Below are positions 54,386-64,000 of a DNA stretch of 64,000 bases, in pieces. Origin of the DNA: Octopus sinensis. Its lineage: Eukaryota. A program made the translations under genes and the position numbers. A model generated the notes under the pieces. The model saw only the letters and a list, made by a program, of their open reading frames with translations, was not told the origin of the DNA and searched no databases. The stretch is from assembly GCF_006345805.1 (NCBI RefSeq), contig NC_043004.1, positions 31,682,001 through 31,746,000 on the forward strand. The letters run 5' to 3'. Every line of letters starts with the position of its first letter. The first letter of the stretch is position 1.

Positions 54386-55159
54386 TGATGGATAGATACT
54401 CACCTTATGTCTGTTAAAATCAGGAGTCGAAAACTTCGACTACCTTAGCTTTCTCAGTCTTCCTGTCAACTCCTTAACCGAAGGAAGTGAAATATTAATG
54501 TTCAATTAAATAGTTTCTAGCATAAGTACAAGACCTGTAAGCTATAGCAAGGTGAACAAGTCAATGCTTAAATATACGCTATATTTTTAACATGTTCAAT
54601 AAAGCAATTCACAATTACAAAGAACCTTTCGAGGGACGCAACTCTGCCATCAAGGCAGCTTTTCATGTTCTAATATTAATATAACGTGAACTTTTATGGA
54701 TCACCAGATGTCTCTTACCTGCAGGTTTTGTTCTTAGTAAAGTTCAATTACATGACAGAATGTCTGAAACTATTGATCTGTTCGTTAATTGATGCATAGC
54801 ATGTAGATCTTACCTGTAGCTGTGACAGATTTTGAAATTACAAACTTGCATATTGTTACAAATGGAGGGAGCAGAGTGATATGGATCTTGTGTAAGGTGT
54901 CGGGCATGTTGAATGATTTGTAAGAGGATGTAAAGTAATATGAACCTTGTGTTAGGTTGAAGTATAACAACGTGGTCATTGTGTAAGTGGAAAGTAAAGC
55001 AATGTTGACCTTATATAAGGAAGGAGTAAGGTGTAATATGACTTTCGTGTAAGAAGGTAAACTAAAAACAGTTCAAGTTGTGCAGAAGGAAGACTCGATA
55101 CTTTTCCTTAAAAAATTTATGCATAGCAGTTTCAAGCTTCATCTTATTATTAGTATTGG

Positions 55160-55800
55160 TACCAAGCTGACGCATGTCAGTGATGGTCCGGTGCCACCCC
55201 TCTCCATATTGGCCTCGACGCCATGCAGTTTGTCAGCTCTTTCATCTCCGTGGGCTCCACAGTCATCAACAACGGAGACCCGACACCAGAGATCAACTGC
55301 AGTTGTGGTCTGGCCACCGAGGTCATGTACTCCCTATGAAAGCCCCTTTTACGCCACTACTCTTTCTCCCGGAGGACAAAACTTCGCATCTACAATGCGT
55401 CGGTCCTCTCTGTTCTCCTCTGTGGAACAGAAGCCTAGTCCCTCACGAAGACCATGGCAAAGAGGATCGATGACTTCAAAGAACTGCGTGCACGCATGCA
55501 TCAGCCCGCAGCCTCCCACCTTATAGCTATCCGCTGCATGTGCTGGTACAGATATTCCCCCCGCCTCGCGCCAGATCATCCTACCAGGGCCTTGCTCTCA
55601 TTCGATGCAACAGCTGCATGGAAAAGGACACATGACAGGCCTCGCCGGACGTGATTAAGGAAGATATCCAGAGGTTCGATGTCTTCATAGAAGATGCTGA
55701 GGGGCTAGCACGAGTTCGCCAGTGGTGTGGGGCATTAGCGAATCTGGTCGGCTCTATGCACGATGACGCCTCTGGAACCACTCACCTGGAATGACCCCAG
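55160..55800 (+). mobile_element. Decayed RTE-clade LINE 3' fragment (second family)
   Basis: GSTVINNGD, TKLRIYNASVLSVLLCGTEA and RPRRT peptides. Confidence 0.75.
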
Positions 55801-56089
55801 CCCAGTCAAACAAAAGCACGAAGCATGCAAGGTACCATGCAGTGACAGAATTTTCGGGAATATTACCTTACCTTTCTCTTAATTTTAGTTTATATAGAAA
55901 ATAACAATGTTTAGTGAATTACTTTCCCACCGGTTAAATAATCTCGTTTCACAGGTAAAGTTTCATTTCAGTAAAATTATATATTGATATAAAAATAAAA
56001 GGAACTGATTTTTAACATCGGCCGAATCCCACACGTTTGGAGAGAAGATATAATCGATTAATTTGAATCAATACTTGACTAAGAAAAGA

Positions 56090-56290
56090 ACTAATGGAAT
56101 CGAGCCTCTAAAATGGGCTTCTCAAAGCAGCCCCTTTGATCCAACAGAACATACATGGGAACACTTTGATAGAAGGTTGTAAGATTATAAAAAAATTACA
56201 TCAGTAATGGAGTTGAAGAAAATATTGATTGTAGAGTGGATAGAGATGGATCTGACTGTCGTTGATAATCTAACTAAACCGCTATCCTAA
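56090..56290 (+). pseudogene. Tc1 transposase C-terminal remnant
   Basis: WASQSSPFDPTEHTW resembles WPSQSPDLNPIEHLW; ELKKILIVEW follows. Confidence 0.65.
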
Positions 56291-56621
56291 CCAGTAAAAG
56301 CTAAAGTGCTTCATTAGATTTGAACCTCATTAGTTTTGAATAGTTATTCGCGAGTTTTGAATAGTTATTGATTAAGTTTAATTAGCTGGTTATAAAGTTA
56401 TTGTAGTCAATTGTAAAAGTGTGTAACTAAATGCTACAACATATTTTGTCCGACATTCAAACGAAAACAAAAACATAAAAATATAAAAATTAATATTAAA
56501 TATAAAACATAATTTTAAATGTTTTAAAAACTAGAGGATATTTTCAGGAACGTTTTATTACAGAAGCAGAGTTTGTTCCCCTGAAATGAATTTCTTTATA
56601 AATGCTATTTGTTTTCAGAAT

Positions 56622-57489
56622 CGTGGTCTGATCAATAAATATCCGGACTGTTGCCATAGTAACTAATCTAAAGCACGCAGAGTGAAACTGCTTGGCAAAG
56701 ATTGGTCTTAAATTCTGCTGTGTATGCAGACTAAGTTTCAACGTTCTAACTCACTTCTGCTGTTTACAGCAGTGCTTCGAAGGAAGGCGTGTTGTGTGTG
56801 ATCATCATATTGACCATGACAGAGAAAGATGAGCAGAGAATCTGCATTGAATTCTGCCAAAAGCTTGGCGATACCTGCTCAGAGGCCTACGCAAAGTTTT
56901 CATCATTCTCGACACAATCAAGGAGATCTTGTGCAACTGAAGCCCAAGTGTCGTTTTGGTTAGCTGAAAGCAATTTTGGCACAAACTTGACGGACACGCA
57001 TCTCATACCCAAATCTTCAGTGATAATGGACTAAACTGAACTGTAACTAATCTGCACATCCTCTGATAACTCATGGATGGTGATTCGACGATTTCTTCTC
57101 ACAGTTGCATGCACATCTGCAATGTTTTACTCAGTTCTGCTGGTTGCGGTTCTCCCAGAACATTTGTCAATATTGACATTTTTAAGGCCATCTTGGAAAC
57201 GTCTGAACCACTTGTACACTTGTGTGTGGCTCATACACTTTCTACAACTTTGCATAGGCCTCTGAGCAGGTATCACTATCACAACTTTCTCTCATGGTCA
57301 ATGCATCGATCACATGCTACACACCTTCCTTCCAAGCACTGTTGTAAACAGCAGAAGTGAGCTAGAACGTTAAAACTTAGTGTGCATGCACAGCAGAGTT
57401 CAAGGTCAATCTTTGCCAAGCAGCTTCACTCTGCATGCTTTAGCTTCGTTATTATGGCAACAGTCCGAATACTTATTAATCAGATCTCG
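56622..57489. mobile_element. Mariner-derived fold-back made of two head-to-head 5' ends
   Basis: TIR cg(a/t)g(a/g)tctga..aataa.tat.cggactgttgccata at both ends, TA on the right; MTEKDEQRICIEFC on plus, VYKWFRRFQDG...FVPKLL on minus. Confidence 0.85.
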
Positions 57490-59258
57490 TATACAAGATT
57501 ATTTAATACTAGCACGTGGAAATTCCATGGTTATTTTGAAAATTGTCAGATGGAATTGCATATTTTCTGAAGCATTTTATTTTTGAGATGGTCTAAAATT
57601 CCACATAGGTAGTATTGAAGGGGCAATCTCAAGAAACAGTTCTAAAAGCGATATTCTTACATCTTGAGCTTTGCAATTATTACAATATCTCTAATGATCC
57701 AATTTTCTTGATGTTTCTCATTCATTTGTATTTTATATTCTGTTTTAAACTCTTTCTCTCATTTGTTGGAATACTCAGTTTTCTTTTTTTCTAAGCTGCT
57801 GCTTCAGTGCTTGTTCTAATAATTCGACCCTCTGCACCTGAAACATTCTTTCTTTTGTTAGTTTATGTTGTCAATGATTTTCCATATTTTATTGACAAAG
57901 TAGCATAAATATGTCGTCAAAAATGCCAAATTTTGTTAATTATTGAAAATTGGATTTCAAAACAATGACAAACCATTGCTAAATGTCAGCAATTGAATAA
58001 ATATGTGTGTAGTGGTTAAGTGTGTAGTGATTAAGTTGTAAACAGCAGAAGTGAGCTAGAACGTTAAAACTTAGTGTGCATGCACAGCAGAGTTCAAGGT
58101 CAATCTTTGCCAAGCAGCTTCACTCTTTCTTTTTTTCTAATGCGTAAACCGATTCATGATTGAAAGGAATTTATTTACAGGGTTATAGGTACACTACATA
58201 CAAACGTAGGCAACTGCTACGAGTTGCTAGAAATACAGAATACATATTAGGAATGAATATGTGCGTGTGTGCGTGTTTCATTCGAAACAGTAGTCTATTG
58301 GCACTTTGAACATTTCTCTCTGTCCCTGCGGTCTGCCAAAAACTTGGGTCGTAGATAGATCTATCTCGTCTGTCTGCTTGCCCTTCTGTTTCACCCTCGT
58401 ATTTATAACAAAAAGTGGCAGCTAGAAAGACAGACATACTGCAGCAGAGTTTGTACCTAAATAGGTCAGCGCTTGTCCAGTTGAACTTCGCCTGACATGA
58501 TGAGGTCGCAGGTCAAAGAGCGATGATCAATCAATTTTTGACAGGACAAAGAAAACCTTTTTTCGCGCCTGTTGATCGTCGTGGTTTGGACGACCGAGAA
58601 TTCTTGGATTCGGTTTCGAATCTAGGCTTAGAGAAGGAAGTGTTAATTCTTACATATGTACTCAGAACTGAATCACTTGAACAGATACAATTGTAAAGTA
58701 ATCCTCATACGCAACCATAAACTAAAAAGTTCTTTTCTAGGATTTAGAGAAATGAATAGTAAGTTCACAGTAATATTGATATTTTTATTATCTTAAAACA
58801 TACTTTAAAATAAGTTGATGACTCGTAATAACAAGTTAATATTGTTGTTTGCATGTATGTTGTAATGATTATAATAATTTGTAATCGTGCAATGGTTATA
58901 ATAATCTGAACACGCCAATAATAATCCAATGATGGTAATATGCTATTGCTAAAAAGTGAAGTAAAAAAGATTATTTCTAGAGTTTAGAAAAAAAATATGT
59001 AATATTCAAAGTGATATTGATAATTTATTATCTCGCAAATGTAATTTAAAATAAGTTGATGATTTTTAATAAGTTAATATCATTGTTCATGTGTAAGGTG
59101 TAATAATTATAATTCGAAGGTGCCGATTATAACCATGTAATGGCTATAATGATTTGAACGTGCCAATAATAATCAAATGATGGATATACAGTGTGTAAGT
59201 GAGGCTTGTAGAGATGCATGTGTCTCCTGCATTCCCTGTAGTAAATTACCCCACTTTG

Positions 59259-59298
<40 letters not shown>

Positions 59299-59304
59299 CA
59301 TACA

Positions 59305-60445
59305 AACATCATCATCATCATCATCGTTTAACGTCCGTTTTCCATGCTAGCATGGGTTGGACGGTTCAACTGGGGTCTGGCAAGCCCGAAGGCTGCACCA
59401 GGCCAGTCAGATCTGGCAGTGTTTCTACAGCTGGATGCCCTTCCTAACGCCAACCACTCCGAGAGTGTAGTGGGTGATTTTATGTGCCACCGACACAGGT
59501 GCCAGACGAGGCTGGCAGACGGCCACGCTCGGATGGTGTTTTCGGTGTTTTCTTATGTGCCACCGACACAGGTGCCAGACGAGGCTGGCGAACGGCCACG
59601 ATCGGATGGTGTTTGTTACGTGCCCACAGCACGGAGGCCAGTCGATGCGGTACTGGCTACGGTCCCGTTCAGATGGTTTTCTTATGTGCCACCGGCACTG
59701 GTACCACAAGGATACAAATTCCATTGATGTTCATCTATTTTGATTTGGTTTGATTTGATTTGATTTGATTTTCACTTGCCTCAACAGGTCTTCACAAGTG
59801 TCACAAGCAGGAAGGTATGCACAGGTGGACTGACTACGTCCCAGGTAGGGGCCACGGGTTATGGCTTCACTAGTCTTGCCGGGTCTTCTCACGCACAGCA
59901 TACTTCCATAGGTCTCGGTCTCTAGTCATTTCCATGGTGAGACCTAACGTTCGAAGGTCGTGCTTCACCACCTCGTCCCAGGTTTTCCTGGGTCTACCTC
60001 TTCCACGGGTTCCCTCAACTGCTAGGGATTGGCACTTTCTCACACACCTATCTTCATCCATTCTCGCCACATGACCATACCAGCGCAATCGTCTCTCTTG
60101 TACACCACAACATCTTAGGTACAACATTTCTCTCAAGGAACTAACGCTCTGTCGAGTAAGTACACTGACATTACACATCCATGGGAGCATACTGGCTTCA
60201 TTCCTCATGAGCTTACGCATGTCCTCAGCAGTCACGGCCCATGTTTCACTGCCATGTAGCATGGCAGTTCGTACACATGCATCATACAGTCTGCCTTTTA
60301 CTCTGAGCGAGAGGCCTTTAGTCACCAGCAGAGGTAAGAGCTCCCTAAACTTTGCCCAGGCTATTCTTATTCTAGCAGTTACACTCTCAGCGCACCCACC
60401 CCCACTACTGACTTGGTCACCTAGATAACGGAAGCTATCAACTAC
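59305..60445 (-). mobile_element. 5'-truncated RTE LINE (ORF2 C-terminus + repeat-containing 3' UTR)
   Basis: LHGSETW, RRLRWYGHV, RGRPRKTW; (GAT)n tail. Confidence 0.9.
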
Positions 60446-60459
60446 TTATATATATATTA

Positions 60460-61065
60460 TCTTAAGTATACTGTATTATATGTCCATTACAACTGATCTT
60501 ACCAATTAGTTTCACACTAGAGATTCAATGGAGTGTTAGGTAACAATCCGATTATGTAACCCAACACTTGTCAGAGATAGCCCATATGGAATGAAATATA
60601 GCAACTGCTCTCTATTATTGAAGGTGAATAGACAAATGCAGTTTGTGGTTGCTGTGAAAAAGATGATGAAGCGAAACGAAAACGGCATTGAGTTAAGAGA
60701 TATGTCCCTCAGTACCAAAACATCACCACTGGGGTGGGTATGTTGCAAGTCGATAAGAGTTATCTTGAAGTGCTTGTGGAAAACATGCATGTACTTAAGG
60801 TTGGTGTTCTTGTAGAAATAGAATTTGTGTAGTGGTAGTATATGTATAATCTTTCAGGGGGTGTGGGCAAGCAAGCACAAACTGGATGTGTATATTCACC
60901 TCCAACAATAGAGAACAGTCGCCATATTTCATTCCATATCAGCTACCTCTGATGAATGTAGGGTTACATAATCAGGTTGTTATCTAATGCTATTGAATCC
61001 CTAGCGTGAACCTGATTCATAAGATCAGCCATAATGAATATATAATACTGTACACTTTGGATAAT
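60460..61065. mobile_element. Old MITE with ~165-bp diverged TIRs
   Basis: 60465-60630 is the reverse complement of 60890-61058, roughly 75-80% by eye; termini uncertain. Confidence 0.65.
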
Positions 61066-61173
61066 ATACGCAGTCTATTGACAGATATACAAGTATATTT
61101 TTCCTGATGTATGGACTCTTAGATGACTTGACGTTAAACGATGATGATGATATATATATATATATATATATAT

Positions 61174-61271
61174 ATTGCTATTACATTATCTAATTATTTA
61201 GTCGTAGGAAGATATATAGATATATATAGATATCTTCCTACAACTAAATAATTAGATAATGTAATAGCAAT
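61174..61271. repeat. 98-bp near-perfect palindrome
   Basis: ~42-bp arms with one mismatch around an AT-rich centre. Confidence 0.9.
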
Positions 61272-61303
61272 TCCTTTCACCAAGCTCTCCACCACTAACA
61301 CTC

Positions 61304-61341
<38 letters not shown>

Positions 61342-62797
61342 CTCTCTCTCTCCCTCTTTTCAACTCACCTATTAATGAACCACGTGACAATATCACACAT
61401 TTGACCAAAGCATATTAATATGGTGATAAAAACATTCTGTAAATATTTCTTTGCTGCATTTTTTTTACATGTATAGCAAGATTCAAAACTGAATCAACAA
61501 ACCACCAAGTCAAAATCATGGCTTAACAATAGCATTTTCCTGTGATCAGCAGAGTTATGGACCCATCAGCATTACGATGTCATGTGAATCTTCTTTCTAG
61601 AGGCTGCTATAATATTCCTTTACAAAGATTACAAATCAACATGTTTTGAGCACCAAACTTCAGCTTGTGGCTACCTGCAGCTAAGCTAACTACATTCTCA
61701 TTTTGTTGCTTTTAACAGTTGTTTTCATGACTCTTTACTCAACCAAGACAGCAGCTCTAGTTCACCAACATGAATCTAGTGTGTATATTTTCTCCTATAT
61801 TGACAGCATAATTAAAGAGCCTTTTTAATCAACTATTTGTAAGAGCTATAGAATTGTCCTTTTCAGTGTGTAGACTTTGTTGTCACATTTTTAATTCATG
61901 ACTAATAGGGAAAATATTTTTGTGCTGAAATAAAATTCTTTTATTGTTCATTCATTATAAGTAGTCAGAACTCAACTCAACTACCAGCATCTCATATCCT
62001 TCATATATGTGTTTCCTTGGTTCTGCTGCTCCACATACATAAAAAGCATGGATATTTGGTGTATCCACTTTGTTGCCCCAAGAGCATATTGACCTTCTTA
62101 AAGTTCACACATATCACCCACTGATGATTGGTGAGGTGTATCTTAAAATCTAGACACAACAGCCAAAAAAATGGATTCTATTTTCGGACTCAGAATATCA
62201 AAAAACCTTCAAATCATGTAAAAATATCTGGACAACAAAATACCTGTTGGGTTGGGTTTTAAGAAGTATAGCCAAAATAAGTGTTATGTGTGTCACAAGG
62301 TGTTGTTGCAAAAGCAAAAATCAAATCTCTCTTTGTATGTAAACATACATGTTTTTGTATCATACTACATGCTTTCACCACAAAAGGTGAACACAGAATA
62401 GACAATATATTTATACACAAAAATGTCTTATGGTGATTCGTACTAACTGTTTTTCTATTTAATAACACACACTTGAACAGCTATAAACTGTTTCCAGTAT
62501 TTTGCCATTTATTTTATATTGTTTTGGCTGGACAGTCTGCAGTTTTTCTGTTCCAGTTCTTTTAATACTACAGCTTGTTTGTTGACTTGAGCATTTGTTT
62601 AGCATACTTGAATGTTTGGCTTCAGCTCTTTCTAATATGCTAAAACTTGAATAGCTGAAACATATATCAAAAGGTTTATGATTTCATAGGTTGTTTTCAT
62701 ACCTCTAGATTGTATGGTCTTCAAATATTTGTTTACAATCTCGTTTACTGCCTCTAATTCTAATTTACTGGGTTCTTTACTTATATTAGTGGTGTTG

Positions 62798-62831
<34 letters not shown>

Positions 62832-63330
62832 TGTATGTATGTATGTATGTATGTATGCATGCATGCATGCATGTATGTCTGTCTGTCTGTATGTATGTAT
62901 GCGTGTGTGTATGTATGCATGTATGCAAGCATGCATATATATATATATACATGTACATATATATATATATATATGTGCATATATGTCTATATGCATGTAT
63001 GTATATGTATAAATATATATACATGTCTGTGTGTTTGTTTTATTGCCTCTTTACCTTGGATTCAGGCAATAGTAGTAAGCAAGTGTCACTGTCATGCAAA
63101 AGTTGTTCTTTATTTCCAGTCTGCCTTGTAAACATGAATGAGTACGGTAAAATATAGCTTGAAAATAGGTAAGGTTTGGTATCAGGAAGGGTATCCAGTC
63201 TTACAAAATGTGTCTGATCCATATGAGCATGGAAAAATGGATGTTTCATATACGTCTATATATATTTTTTTGTTTTTGCATTTGGTTTGCAACATTCTTT
63301 ATGTGAATTCTTGTGTTGAAGCCTATTCTA

Positions 63331-63616
63331 TTGTGTCTGGGGGGAGTCATTCTCTTTTAATGCCTTATTACTTAACACACTCACCAGCTTGATTTCCACT
63401 CATTTACTTATTTATTTTTTCTAAAATTTTCGTTGCGCCTTGCAACTTTTTCAATAGTCATTGACACTCAATAGTTGTTGAGTCAACAAATATTGAAAAG
63501 GTTGCAAGATTCAATGAAAATTTTAGGAAAAATAAATAAGTAAATGAGTGAAAATTGAACCGGTGAGTGCATTAAGTAATAAGGCACTAAAAGAGAATAA
63601 CTCTCCCCAGACACAG
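63331..63616. mobile_element. Fully palindromic Tc1/mariner-type MITE with TA TSD
   Basis: ta|ttgtgtctgggg ... ccccagacacag|ta; ~135-bp arms. Confidence 0.8.
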
Positions 63617-63678
<62 letters not shown>

Positions 63679-63679
63679 T

Positions 63680-64000
63680 TATCGCCATACTAATATGGCA
63701 TTCTTATAAAAATAAGAAAAAAGCTGACCGCTTATTAGCTCCATGAGGCCATCGCCTTAAGTTAGCTATTTGATACACAATCTGTATCCATATAATCTTT
63801 GAACAAGGGAGGTCAGTCGCTCCACACTACTTGGCCGGCAGCTACAGACGCGTTTCGGGGTATTGCCCCTTTTCAATGCAGCGTAGCCAAACCAGTAGAT
63901 GTCGCTTCCGACAATCTCTGTTCAAAGGTTTTATTTACCTAGCTTCGGTGGAATACATCCACTTGTTTTCAATAATAGAAATATTAAAATTACTAAGTCT
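63680..64000 (-). mobile_element. Probable PLE terminal repeat (runs off the window), ending at (TA)n
   Basis: Carries a hammerhead ~160 nt from its end; same TA-microsatellite context as the PLE at 21.8-27.8 kb. No ORF visible in the window. Confidence 0.5.
63841..63882 (-). ncRNA. Minimal type-I hammerhead ribozyme, U3-A8 core variant
   Basis: GCUGCA-UUGAAAA-GGGG(caaua)CCCC-GAA-ACGCGU-C/UGUAGC; 6-bp stem I, 4-bp stem II, palindromic stem III, GUC cleavage triplet. Confidence 0.85.

Noticed and set aside
58490-58546. C/D snoRNA-like motif (ATGATGA...TTGA with cctg/cagg stem)
   Set aside because: Box D is non-canonical, the length is only ~55 nt and no guide complementarity was identified.
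60945-60985. CTGATGA followed by a 5-bp hairpin
   Set aside because: Lacks GAAA and stem III; lies in a MITE arm.

Overview
AT-rich, microsatellite-dense animal DNA. The SINE and LINE families look like those of octopus; this is inferred from recognising the repeats, not from a search. One intact host gene is supported: a 5-exon cytosolic sulfotransferase on the minus strand (37507-48221, 289 aa, all GT-AG junctions in phase). The rest is mostly nested mobile DNA: a very young CsRn1-type Ty3/Gypsy element (7635-12680), a young Neptune-type Penelope-like element (PLE) with an intact RT/GIY-YIG ORF and a 1.65-kb inverted arm (21801-27768), Tx1/L1-like, RTE, CR1 and R4/Dong LINE fragments, a Helitron remnant, mariner/Tc1 remnants, several MITEs and tRNA-derived SINEs. 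A diverged ~4-kb block occurs twice (1071-5130 and 30147-33560). The most notable non-coding signals are three minimal type-I hammerhead ribozyme motifs from two repeat families, all with a non-canonical U3-A8 core, and two related 8-bp-TSD MITEs carrying TTAGGG telomeric repeats. No CRISPR array, rRNA or bona fide tRNA gene was seen.
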